A DNA stretch of 64,000 nt from an uncultured bacterium (lineage in GTDB: Bacteria > Chlamydiota > Chlamydiia > Chlamydiales > Rhabdochlamydiaceae), in contig CAZMTP010000002.1 of the NCBI GenBank assembly GCA_964569185.1, positions 1,227 through 65,226 of the forward strand. Reading direction: 5' to 3'. Of the stretch, positions 46,107 through 55,550 are shown one piece after another (the stretch's first letter is position 1; every line of letters begins with the position of its first letter). Both the position numbers and the translations under genes were made by a program. The notes under the pieces were generated by a model. The model did no database searches. It saw only the letters and a program-made list of their open reading frames with translations, and was not told where the DNA came from.

Positions 46107-47894
46107 CTATCCCCTTAATATGTGGCGTTTTTTGGGGAGGATGATGGTGAAGGTGGTCCCTTGATTGACGACAGAGGTAGCAGAGATACTCCCATCATGC
46201 TTATCGATGATTGTTTTCACGATGGAAAGTCCAAGTCCTGCCCCGCCTAGCCGCCTGGAACGGGCTTTATCCGCTGTATAAAAACGCTCAAAAATATGTT
46301 CCAAATCTTCTTTAGAAATGCCAATTCCTTTGTCGCTGATTTTCAGTTCAATCTCTTCTTCGTTCAGATGCCTCATTGAGATGGTGATTTTAGCAGGTGG
46401 CTTAGAATATTTTACTGCATTATTCAGTAAATTTAATAAAGCAAGTTCCAAAATGTCAGGGTCGGCATAAAGAAGCAGCTCCTCATCACTCTTAATAATA
46501 TGAATTTCAGTTTCAGGGTTCAAAGAGAGCAAAATCCGTTTGCAGTCTTCCACAAGAGTAACAAGATCACACTCTCTAAAACGGCTTTCGGGAAGATTTT
46601 CTAAATCTGCTAGCGTGAGTAGATTTTTAACTAACGTTTCCATCCGCTCACAATTGCGCAAAATTTTCCCTGTAATTTCGAAAAGCTTCTCTTTGGACAG
46701 TTCAGGAAGATCATGCAACGTTTCTGCAAATCCTTTAATGATCGTGATCGGTGTTTTAAGCTCATGCGAAGCATTAGCGACAAAATCTTTGCCGATTTCT
46801 AACATTTTGTAATGGTTGGATTTGTCCTGGAGAACGATGATCGCGCCGCTCCCCTGAGCTTTTGGAGCTGCAATCAGATCGATATAAGTTTTTTTTTCAT
46901 CCCCAATGACCACAAAATCGGTTAAAATTGTGGTCTGTTTTTGGCATTTTTTAAGAAGGTCATGGCATTTTTTCATTAAAAGGGCGGAAGCTTTATCAGA
47001 AGTTTCAGGAAAAGCTTTATTAAGCAGCGATTTTTTTGGCAGTCCTAACATTTTGCTCCCAATGTAATTGATGTAGGTCACATTCAGATGCTGGTCGACA
47101 GCCACAACACCTTCACCGAGTGACTCCAAAATCGCCTCTTTTTCATTGCGCTCTTCGGTAATGCTTTTGATTTGACTACGCACTTTTTCAGAAAGGGAAT
47201 TCAATGTTTTTGCAAGCCGGTTAAAATCATCATTTTCACTGGCAGATTTATCCAGAGCAATAGCAGGGATATCTTGACTTTGTCCTATATGATAAGGCCG
47301 TATGGCCTCGATGATATTTCTAATGGGGCGACTAAATCGATTGAAAATCAGCCAGGTCAATGCCATAAAAAAGAGCAAGATGGCAAAAGAAAAAATAAGA
47401 AAACCAATTTCAAAATTTCGAGCAATGTCCTGGATCTGATTAAAGGGAAAGGCGGTGCGGAGCACATAGGTGCGCCCTTGAAATTTGAATTTCTTTGCTA
47501 CATAGGCAAATTTACCTGCAAAAATTTTAGATTGCGCAATGGTATATCCTGTCTCTCCTTTTAGCGCCTGCTCCACTTCAGGATGTTCCGTAAGCTTAAA
47601 AGGGGGAAGCTCTTCTTTAAATAGGCGCCCCAAATGGGAGTCATAGATCATCACATTTTGATCATTCAGCAGACTGACCCGAAAAAAAACAAAATATTCC
47701 TGATTTTTTAAATGTTCGATCATCTCTTCTTCTGAACGGGCATCATCGACTAAATCGATCAGATCTGTGGTGCTCTCTTCTAAAGAATCGCGCACTAGCC
47801 TCTCTACTGTTTTTTCAATTAAAGGAAATAGAGCTGAAATAAACAGGACAAATAAGAGAAGCTGGCTGAGAATGATTTTTTTACGAAAACTCAT
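46107..47894 (-). CDS. Sensor histidine kinase (2 TM, periplasmic sensor, HAMP, PAS, HisKA, HATPase)
   Basis: H-box SHELKTPIT, N-box LLNLLNNAVKYS, and the D/G boxes DKGIGI and GGAGLGLSIV. Confidence 0.9.
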   Translation of the reverse strand: MSFRKKIILSQLLLFVLFISALFPLIEKTVERLVRDSLEESTTDLIDLVDDARSEEEMIEHLKNQEYFVFFRVSLLNDQNVMIYDSHLGRLFKEELPPFKLTEHPEVEQALKGETGYTIAQSKIFAGKFAYVAKKFKFQGRTYVLRTAFPFNQIQDIARNFEIGFLIFSFAILLFFMALTWLIFNRFSRPIRNIIEAIRPYHIGQSQDIPAIALDKSASENDDFNRLAKTLNSLSEKVRSQIKSITEERNEKEAILESLGEGVVAVDQHLNVTYINYIGSKMLGLPKKSLLNKAFPETSDKASALLMKKCHDLLKKCQKQTTILTDFVVIGDEKKTYIDLIAAPKAQGSGAIIVLQDKSNHYKMLEIGKDFVANASHELKTPITIIKGFAETLHDLPELSKEKLFEITGKILRNCERMETLVKNLLTLADLENLPESRFRECDLVTLVEDCKRILLSLNPETEIHIIKSDEELLLYADPDILELALLNLLNNAVKYSKPPAKITISMRHLNEEEIELKISDKGIGISKEDLEHIFERFYTADKARSRRLGGAGLGLSIVKTIIDKHDGSISATSVVNQGTTFTIILPKKRHILRG

Positions 47895-48976
47895 GCTCCA
47901 GTGCCCTCAGGATAGAGATTTTCATAGCCAGTAGAGGTGATGATGATCGTATCTTCCCAGCGCACCCCTCCTTTTCCAGGCAAATAGAGTCCAGGTTCTA
48001 TAGTGACCACCATCCCTTTTTCTAGAGCAACATCTTTATCTTCGCCTGTTTTCATGATCCTTGGAAACTCATGGATCTCAAGTCCTACGCCATGGCCAAG
48101 TCCATGGACAAAATAGGATTCTAAATTCTCTTTTTTCATCTCTTTGCGCGCTGCCATATCCAACTCTTTTAAGAGCACACCAGGACGGCATAATTTTAAC
48201 GCAGCATCATGGGCTTTGCGCACAACGGTGTAAAATTCTTTTAAGACCGGCTCTACCGCATCGAAAAGAAGCACGCGCGTCATATCGGAATGGTATCCTT
48301 CCACAACAAGGCCAAGATCTAGAAGCGCCAGATCTCCATTTTTAAATTTGGTAGGTCCAGAACGGTGATGGGGAAGTGCGGAATTAGATCCAAATGCGAT
48401 GATCGGTTCAAAACCGATAGATTCCGCCCCATTTTTTAGACCAAAGAGTTTAAATTCCAGTGCAACTTCAGCCTCGGAAACTCCAGGTTTAATTAAATGT
48501 TTGATATGTTCAAAGGCAAGCCACAAATGATGCGCGCTTTTACGTAGTTTATGCAGTTCCGAACTATCTTTTATGGCACGCAGTAGCTTGATCGGATTAG
48601 GGACAGGAATCAGACGAATTTTCATTTTACGTGCAAATGCTTGCCACTTCAAAAATTGCGCATGACTTGTATTTTCACTGTCAATCGCAAGCGATTTTAC
48701 TTTTTCTTTCTTATAAAATTTTTCTTGTGCGTCTTTGTCAAAAAGAGAAGAGGGAACAGGCGCCCCTTCTTTTGCTGCTTGGATATAGCGGCCATCGATA
48801 TACAGATGACAATTTTTTTTCCCTACAATAAGCTCCCCTTTGGAGAGTTTAAGTCCTGTGAGATAAAAAAGGTTGAGAGGGTGATCAATCAAGCAGGCAT
48901 CTGCTTTCATCGATTTTAACTGCTGCTGCAGCTTTTTAATTCTTTCTCTATTTATGGAAGAGTCTTTCAATTTCAT
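47891..48976 (-). CDS. pepP: Xaa-Pro aminopeptidase (M24B)
   Basis: M24 pita-bread metal ligands (DLGLVVEGYHSDMTR, HGLGHGVGLEIHE, TIEPGLY). ATGA overlap with the kinase gene. Confidence 0.85.
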   Translation of the reverse strand: MKLKDSSINRERIKKLQQQLKSMKADACLIDHPLNLFYLTGLKLSKGELIVGKKNCHLYIDGRYIQAAKEGAPVPSSLFDKDAQEKFYKKEKVKSLAIDSENTSHAQFLKWQAFARKMKIRLIPVPNPIKLLRAIKDSSELHKLRKSAHHLWLAFEHIKHLIKPGVSEAEVALEFKLFGLKNGAESIGFEPIIAFGSNSALPHHRSGPTKFKNGDLALLDLGLVVEGYHSDMTRVLLFDAVEPVLKEFYTVVRKAHDAALKLCRPGVLLKELDMAARKEMKKENLESYFVHGLGHGVGLEIHEFPRIMKTGEDKDVALEKGMVVTIEPGLYLPGKGGVRWEDTIIITSTGYENLYPEGTGA

Positions 48977-50642
48977 AAGGTTTTAAATGGACCATAGTTG
49001 GATTTCCTTTAGGACATACCTGCGGTGAAGAGGAGTCCAATAATTCTTTAAATAACAGAAGAGCCTCTTGTCTGGAAATCTGTTTTTGAATGTTTGCACG
49101 GCAAGAAGCAATATAGGCCAATTCTGTTTTTTTCTTTTCTTCTTGAGGTTCTTTCCCAATAAAATCTTGCAGGGCCGCTGCCATTTCCAAAATTACCTCT
49201 TTGGCTTCCTTTTCATCCAAAAAGGGGGGAATCGCGTCGATCATAAACAGATGTTTTCCAATCGGGTGTAATGCAAATCCGAGCGATTCAATAGTAGGAA
49301 GATGGGTCATCACCATTGCGGCATCAATAGCAGACAGAGTCAGTGTGTAAGGCACAATGAGTCCCTGCTTTTCCCCGCGACCCGTTTTATGTTTTATGAG
49401 CTGCTCAAAAGCAATGCGTCGAAGAGTTGCTTGTAAATTCACAATTAGCAGACCATCATAGTGCGCCGCCACACTCCATCCTTCTAGGATAAGATAGTGT
49501 AAAAACAGGCCTACTATCTGTGGCTCTTGCGCTACTACAGGCAAGACAGAGGTTGCCATTTTCTCTTCCTGAAATTTCAGAGAAAGAAAAGATTCTTGGA
49601 TTTTTGATGGTTCAAAGGATGTTTCAAACACAAAATCCTGAGGTGTGTTAGGTGTGCCTTTTGCAAGTGATTCTTTTAATGTCTGTTGGACTGCTTCTTG
49701 TATTTTTTCTCTAAAAAAACGTTCGTCTCTGAGCCGAATCTCTTTTTTTTGTGGATGGACATTTACATCTACAAGATCAGGAGGAATGGAAAGGTGCAAC
49801 ACAAAAATGGGGTGGCGCTGCGGCGCAATGCGTGTTCCATAAGATTCTTTAATTGTTTCCTGGATGAGCGGACAGATGACTGCGCGTCGATTAATAAATA
49901 GATATTGTCCCGTTTTAGTGGGCCGAGCTAGAGAAGGGCAGCCCAAAACCCCTTGAAATGTGAGAGTCCCATGAGAAAACTGCATGGTGTAGCTTGAAGA
50001 CGCATAATCTTCTCCTAGGAGAGCCAAAATGCGCCCACTTAGCTCCATCGAGGAGGCGCTGATCGTCTTTTTTCCATTTGAAATCAGTTCAAAACTGACT
50101 TCTGGATGGCTGAGTCCAAAGAGAGTGACCAATTTAAATATCTCTGAAGCAGAAACTGAACTGCTTTTTTGGAATTTTTTACGTGCAGGAACATTGTAAA
50201 ATAAAGAGCGCACTTCAATCGTAGTGCCGCGCGTGCGCGCAAAAGGCTCGATCAATAGTTCTTCCCCGCCTTCTAGTTCAATTTTGGTGCCTTCTTCGCC
50301 TTCTTTTGCAGTCATCAGAGTGAGTTTAGAAATCGCCGCAATTGATGCGAGCGCTTCTCCTCGAAATCCAAGGGAGCGCAATTCGAAAAGATCTTTAGCC
50401 TCGACTAATTTAGAAGTGGCATGACGTTTTAAACAGAGTTGTGCATCTTGATGGTCCATTCCTGTGCCATTGTCAGAAATACGAATGAGCTGCATGCCGC
50501 CAGCACTAATCTCAACAGCGATCTGCGTTGCCTCTGCGTCCAATGCATTTTCAATGAGCTCTTTGACAACAGAAGAGGGGTTTTCAATCACTTCTCCTGC
50601 TGCAATTTGATTGATCGTTTGTTCTGAGAGAATTCGAATCAT
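48948..50642 (-). CDS. mutL: DNA mismatch repair protein MutL
   Basis: IRILSEQTINQIAAGEVIENPSSVVKELIENALDA and the GHKL ATPase motifs. The 3' end overlaps the pepP start by 29 nt. Confidence 0.95.
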   Translation of the reverse strand: MIRILSEQTINQIAAGEVIENPSSVVKELIENALDAEATQIAVEISAGGMQLIRISDNGTGMDHQDAQLCLKRHATSKLVEAKDLFELRSLGFRGEALASIAAISKLTLMTAKEGEEGTKIELEGGEELLIEPFARTRGTTIEVRSLFYNVPARKKFQKSSSVSASEIFKLVTLFGLSHPEVSFELISNGKKTISASSMELSGRILALLGEDYASSSYTMQFSHGTLTFQGVLGCPSLARPTKTGQYLFINRRAVICPLIQETIKESYGTRIAPQRHPIFVLHLSIPPDLVDVNVHPQKKEIRLRDERFFREKIQEAVQQTLKESLAKGTPNTPQDFVFETSFEPSKIQESFLSLKFQEEKMATSVLPVVAQEPQIVGLFLHYLILEGWSVAAHYDGLLIVNLQATLRRIAFEQLIKHKTGRGEKQGLIVPYTLTLSAIDAAMVMTHLPTIESLGFALHPIGKHLFMIDAIPPFLDEKEAKEVILEMAAALQDFIGKEPQEEKKKTELAYIASCRANIQKQISRQEALLLFKELLDSSSPQVCPKGNPTMVHLKPYEIERLFHK

Positions 50643-50686
50643 GCTTTTGTTTATACAAGATCATTGATAAAATTGCTCGAGTTTCT

Positions 50687-51940
50687 ATGATTAAATCTAT
50701 GCCAGCGCAGTCTCATGCCATTGCCGTAGTGCAAAAACTTGTCGATCACGGATTCATCGCTTATTTTGCTGGCGGTTGGGTGCGTGATTTCATCATGAAG
50801 CGCACTTCTGATGATATTGACATTGCCACAAATGCTTCTACAACCGATATCCAGAAAATTTTTCCTAAAACAGTGCCTGTCGGTGTCGCTTTCGGAATAG
50901 TGATCGTAGTGCAAAATGGATTTCAATTTGAAGTGGCCACATTCCGCAAAGATCGCGGCTATGTAGATGGCAGAAGGCCTACCGGTATCGATCCTGCCTC
51001 GCCAGAAGAAGATGCACAACGGCGCGATTTTACAATCAATGGCATGTTTTATGACCCGCTGAAACAAAAACTTTACGATTACGTGGGAGGAGAAAAAGAT
51101 ATTCAGGAAGGGGTGATCCGCGCGATTGGAAGCCCCCATGAACGTTTTGCTGAAGACCGGCTGCGTATGATGCGTGCGGTACGTTATGCAACGCGGCTTG
51201 ATTTTTTCATTGAACCGGCCACTTTGAACGCAATTTTAGCTCACTCCAATGAGCTGCTTTCCGCTGTGGCTATGGAACGGATTTGGCAAGAATTCAAAAA
51301 AATGTCTCAATTTGCCCATTTTGATTCAGGTCTTGTGATGCTTCACAATTTAAATCTACTCCCCAATATCTTCCCTGCATTGAAAGAGATCTCTGTAGAT
51401 GAGATTGAAAAACGGGTCCAGTGCATTCCGCGTTTTCCAAAACTGGCGCCCACCTTTGCAGAACTTTTAGAACTTTTCCCGGGAGCTTCTTTGGAGCAGG
51501 TGTTAGAGCTTTGCGACTATTTAAAACTGTCCAATAAAGAAAAAGAGTTTGCCGCTTTTTACCATCGCGCAAAAAATCTTTTAAATATGCCCGATCACTG
51601 GTTAAAAAATTTAGAAAAGGTGGAATGGGCCCACTTTTATGCAAATCCTCATGCAGAACTCTGTATTAAAATCCTCTCGAGCCATTATTCTATTGGGCAA
51701 CAGGAGTCTTTTTTAAATCAGCATGCCAAAAGGACGCGCTCATTAGAAAACGCGATCCAGCGTATTCAAACTAAAAATCCAATTGTCAAAGCAGAACATC
51801 TGATGAGAGAAGGGATACTGCCTGGAGAAAAAATGGGAAAACTTTTAAAAGAAGCAGAACGCATTTCTATTAATAAAGATCTGGAAGACCCTTCTGCTAT
51901 CATCAAACTACTACTGGCAAAAGATGGCCCCCCTCATTGA
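50687..51940 (+). CDS. tRNA nucleotidyltransferase (CCA-adding) / poly(A) polymerase family protein
   Basis: GGWVRDFIM..SDDIDIAT and RRDFTINGMFYD head-domain motifs. Confidence 0.85.
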   Translation: MIKSMPAQSHAIAVVQKLVDHGFIAYFAGGWVRDFIMKRTSDDIDIATNASTTDIQKIFPKTVPVGVAFGIVIVVQNGFQFEVATFRKDRGYVDGRRPTGIDPASPEEDAQRRDFTINGMFYDPLKQKLYDYVGGEKDIQEGVIRAIGSPHERFAEDRLRMMRAVRYATRLDFFIEPATLNAILAHSNELLSAVAMERIWQEFKKMSQFAHFDSGLVMLHNLNLLPNIFPALKEISVDEIEKRVQCIPRFPKLAPTFAELLELFPGASLEQVLELCDYLKLSNKEKEFAAFYHRAKNLLNMPDHWLKNLEKVEWAHFYANPHAELCIKILSSHYSIGQQESFLNQHAKRTRSLENAIQRIQTKNPIVKAEHLMREGILPGEKMGKLLKEAERISINKDLEDPSAIIKLLLAKDGPPH

Positions 51941-52958
51941 AATCATTGGCCTTTCAAAACGCTATTATCGTAAAAAACAGACCGATGTGCATGCATTGCG
52001 TCATCTGAATTTAACGGTAGAAAAAGGAGATATTTTTGGCATCATTGGTCAAAGTGGTGCAGGAAAATCTACTTTAATCCGCTGTTTGGCACGCCTTGAA
52101 AAACCCTCCTTTGGGGAAATTTTGATCCACGGACAAAATATCTGCCTCTTAGAAGGGAATGAATTAAGAAAATATTACAAAAGTATTGGAATGATTTTTC
52201 AACATTTCAATTTACTCAGCAGCCGTACCGCAGCAGAAAATATTGCCTATCCTCTTGAAATTAGCGGAGTCGATTTTGATCAGCGAAGAAAACGTGTACA
52301 GGAACTGATCGCTTTAGTGGGATTAGAAGAACAAAAAGAGCAGTATCCCGCGCAACTCAGTGGCGGGCAAAAACAGCGGGTGGGCATCGCAAGAGCGCTG
52401 GCTGCCGATCCTGAAATTCTTTTTTGCGATGAGGCGACCTCCTCTTTAGACCCTAAAACAACCAAAGAAATTCTAACCCTTCTAAAAAAAGTTCAACTGA
52501 AATTAGGTTTGACTATCGTTTTAATCACGCATCAAATGGAAGTGATTAAACAGATCTGCAATAAAGTGGCTGTTCTAGAGAGAGGGGAGGTAAAAGAGGC
52601 GGGAACATTGGCCCAAATTTTTGTCCATCCAACCCATTCCACAACAAAAAGTTTTGTCCAAAATACGCTGCATGAGATTCCGAGCCATTTCTTTAAAGAT
52701 ATTGCTCCTAACAAACGGCTCCTCCATTTGCATTTCAAAGGAGAAAAAGCAGACCTGCCTATCATTTCACAGCTTGTGAGAAAGTTTAATGTGGATGCCA
52801 ATATTTTATTGGGATGGATCGACTCTTTGCAAACAGTCACAGTCGGTAACCTGATCATCCAGCTCTCTGGAGAACCTGCCCATATTGAGCAGGCGCTTGC
52901 TTACATTAAAAAGTTAGAAATAGAATATGAGGTCTTTGAACCTATCCAAGTAAAATGA
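51924..52958 (+). CDS. metN: Methionine ABC transporter ATP-binding protein
   Basis: Walker A GQSGAGKST, signature LSGGQKQR, Walker B ILFCDEATS, and a C-terminal NIL domain. Confidence 0.9.
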   Translation: MAPLIEIIGLSKRYYRKKQTDVHALRHLNLTVEKGDIFGIIGQSGAGKSTLIRCLARLEKPSFGEILIHGQNICLLEGNELRKYYKSIGMIFQHFNLLSSRTAAENIAYPLEISGVDFDQRRKRVQELIALVGLEEQKEQYPAQLSGGQKQRVGIARALAADPEILFCDEATSSLDPKTTKEILTLLKKVQLKLGLTIVLITHQMEVIKQICNKVAVLERGEVKEAGTLAQIFVHPTHSTTKSFVQNTLHEIPSHFFKDIAPNKRLLHLHFKGEKADLPIISQLVRKFNVDANILLGWIDSLQTVTVGNLIIQLSGEPAHIEQALAYIKKLEIEYEVFEPIQVK

Positions 52959-52989
52959 AAAACATGCTTTTTGAATCTTTTTCCATGCC

Positions 52990-53047
52990 TTTTAGAACTG
53001 CTTCTTGCCCTACTTGCTCAAGTATGTGCTGCGAAGCAGTTCTAAAA
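52990..53047. promoter_or_regulatory. Intercistronic stem-loop (15-bp perfect stem, 28-nt loop) between metN and metI
   Basis: TTTTAGAACTGCTTC (52990-53004) pairs with GAAGCAGTTCTAAAA (53033-53047). No T-run directly follows. Confidence 0.5.
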
Positions 53048-53100
53048 CTCCTGAAAAAATTTTTCAAAAATCAACGTTTTATTTTACCTGGATAGGTTCT

Positions 53101-53772
53101 ATGACAAGTGATCTTTTTTCTCTTCTACTTTTCTCTCTAGGCGAAACTCTTTATATGGTTTTTGCTTCTATTTTTTTTGCAACGCTCATTGGGATGCCCT
53201 TAGGAATCCTCCTTTTTTTGACAAAGAAAGGGCATCTAAAAGAACGGCCTATGCTGCATAAAATTCTAGGAGCGGTGGTAAATCTTGGGCGTTCTTTTCC
53301 TTTTGCTATTTTGATGGTGGCACTGATTCCTGTGACACGTTGGATTATTGGAACAAGTTTGGGAACTACAGCTTCCATTGTCCCTCTTTCATTTGCGGCA
53401 GCTCCTTTTATTGCACGCCAGGTAGAGAATTGTTTAAATGAAATTGGCAGGGAAATACTCGAAGCCGCTATTGTGATGGGATCGTCAATAGGGCAAATCA
53501 TTTATAAAGTATTGCTAGCCGAAGCACTACCCTCGCTTATCCAGGCACTTACCTTGACAATCATTAATTTAATCGGATATAGCGCCATGGCAGGGCTTGT
53601 TGGTGGGGGCGGACTGGGCACTGTTGCGATTCAATATGGTTACCAGAGATTTAATGGCTCTGTGATGTTTTGGACGGTAATTCTTTTGATCCTGCTCGTC
53701 GAAATCATTCAAACGATAGGGAGCCGTTTAGCAGCACGGTTACGTAAAAAAAGAGGACAAGCCCATGAATAA
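53101..53772 (+). CDS. metI: Methionine ABC transporter permease
   Basis: Start at MTSDLFSLLL. Five TM helices and the EAA-type loop (ILEAAIVMGSSIGQIIYKVLLAEALP). Confidence 0.9.
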   Translation: MTSDLFSLLLFSLGETLYMVFASIFFATLIGMPLGILLFLTKKGHLKERPMLHKILGAVVNLGRSFPFAILMVALIPVTRWIIGTSLGTTASIVPLSFAAAPFIARQVENCLNEIGREILEAAIVMGSSIGQIIYKVLLAEALPSLIQALTLTIINLIGYSAMAGLVGGGGLGTVAIQYGYQRFNGSVMFWTVILLILLVEIIQTIGSRLAARLRKKRGQAHE

Positions 53773-54556
53773 AATAATCTATACATTGTTTATTGGTTGC
53801 CTCTTTTTTAGTTGCCAGAAAAAAAATCAGAATGAACTAAGAGTCGCGGCTTCTCCTGTTCCGCATGCGCAACTGTTAAAACAGATACAGCCTGATCTTA
53901 AAGAACAAGGTATTCATCTGAAGATTGTGGAAGTCAATGATTATCAGATCCCCAATCGCGCTCTGGCTGAAAAAGAGGTGGATGCCAATTTTTTTCAACA
54001 TACTCCATTTTTAGAACAGCAAAAGGCCGATTTTCATTATCCCATTGTCTGCTTTGCAAAAATTCATTTAGAACCGATGGGGCTTTATTCAAAAAAAATC
54101 GATCAGATATCTCAATTAAAAAACAGAGACACCGTTGCAATCCCTAATGACCCTACCAATGAATTCCGTGCACTCTTACTTCTGCAAAAGGCTTCTCTGA
54201 TTACTTTTTCTAGCAGAAATGAGGGAAAAGCAACCATCGCTGACATTCAAACAAATCCCTTGCAGCTACGATTTAAAGAAGTGGATGCGGCCCTTTTACC
54301 GCGTACATTAGAAGATGTGGCACTGGCTGCTATTCCGACCAATTTTGCTCTAGAAGTGCACCTAAGTCCTAAACAGGCTCTTGAAATAGAAAGTTCTGAC
54401 TCTCCCTATGCCAATATTTTAGCGATCCGACAAGGAGAAGAAAATGAAGAAAAATTGTTAGCCCTCAAAAAAGCGATGCTCTCTGACAAAATGCGAAATT
54501 ATATAGAAACAGAATATAAAGGGGCCATTATCCCCATATTAGAAGAATGCCAATGA
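53765..54556 (+). CDS. metQ: Methionine-binding lipoprotein (NlpA/MetQ family)
   Basis: Lipobox LFFSC. The LRVAASPVPHAQLL... pattern is typical of MetQ. 8-nt overlap with metI. Confidence 0.9.
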   Translation: MNKIIYTLFIGCLFFSCQKKNQNELRVAASPVPHAQLLKQIQPDLKEQGIHLKIVEVNDYQIPNRALAEKEVDANFFQHTPFLEQQKADFHYPIVCFAKIHLEPMGLYSKKIDQISQLKNRDTVAIPNDPTNEFRALLLLQKASLITFSSRNEGKATIADIQTNPLQLRFKEVDAALLPRTLEDVALAAIPTNFALEVHLSPKQALEIESSDSPYANILAIRQGEENEEKLLALKKAMLSDKMRNYIETEYKGAIIPILEECQ

Positions 54557-55419
54557 CCGATTTTAAAAAAGGTGCTTCCTTTGTTCTGCTTGCGTGGTTC
54601 TTTTTTACACTTGTGATCATGCTGTCCCGTTTTGCGAGCGCAGCCTCTTCTGTTCCCATGGTACTTCTGTTTCAAAATCTCATCAGCCTGCTTTTTATGC
54701 TCCCATTCATGCTGAAAGAGGGAAAAAGCGGTTTCATCTCTTCAAAATTTGATGTCATTTTGGTGCGCGGTATCGCAGGATATTCCAGTTTTGTATTTGC
54801 TTTTCTAGCTGTAGAATATACCTCCCTTGTCAACACAGTGCTTTTAAGCAATGCATCGCCACTTTTTATCCCGCTGATCATCTGGGTCTGGCGCAAGATC
54901 CATCTGGGTTATAAATTGTGGATTGGGATTTTGATTGGATTTGTAGGAGTTGGTTTCATTTTAAAACCGGACCTTCATCTCCTAACAAATTTAGGGGCCA
55001 TTTTCGGACTGATTTCTGCACTCAGCTTTGCCATCTCAATGATCTGCATGCGTCGTCTGATTAAAACAGAACCTGTGCATACCATTTTATTTTACCATTT
55101 TCTGATTGGAACACTATTATCTGTGCCTTTTGCGATTTACACCTGGAAGTTTCCTTCATGCACCCTTCTTCTTGAACTTATCCTCATCGGAATCCTCTCT
55201 TTCATCGGACAATATTTTATACTCAGCGCCTTCCGATTTGGTAAACCGTCAGTCTTAAGTCCTTTCACTTACTCTTCTGTTGTTTACGCCGCCATTTTGC
55301 AATGGTGGATTTTCAAAACTGTTCCCGATTGGCTTTCTATCATTGGCATCATTCTTGTGTGCACAGGAAGTATTCTCTGCATCGTTTATGCAGAATCTGC
55401 TGCGAAAAAATTACGTTAG
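54547..55419 (+). CDS. EamA/DMT-family transporter
   Basis: About 10 TM helices in two EamA-like halves. Confidence 0.8.
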   Translation: MPMTDFKKGASFVLLAWFFFTLVIMLSRFASAASSVPMVLLFQNLISLLFMLPFMLKEGKSGFISSKFDVILVRGIAGYSSFVFAFLAVEYTSLVNTVLLSNASPLFIPLIIWVWRKIHLGYKLWIGILIGFVGVGFILKPDLHLLTNLGAIFGLISALSFAISMICMRRLIKTEPVHTILFYHFLIGTLLSVPFAIYTWKFPSCTLLLELILIGILSFIGQYFILSAFRFGKPSVLSPFTYSSVVYAAILQWWIFKTVPDWLSIIGIILVCTGSILCIVYAESAAKKLR

Positions 55420-55550
55420 TTGCTCTTGTCTGTTTTTTTTTCTCTATGAAAAAAAATCAGATGGAAAAAAAACTTGCACAAATTCAAGAAAGTTCATTAT
55501 GCTGAGGTTTAATTGATTTTTAATTAACTTTTGCAAATGGAGAAAATGCA

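Noticed and set aside
55420-55550. T9 and A8 tracts plus a 19-codon ORF (MKKNQMEKKLAQIQESSLC) between the EamA gene and the porin gene
   Set aside because: The mini-ORF has no SD and no conservation evidence. The T/A tracts form only a weak A:T hairpin. The region is more simply the porin promoter, with TTGCAC-17-TTATGC as a possible match.
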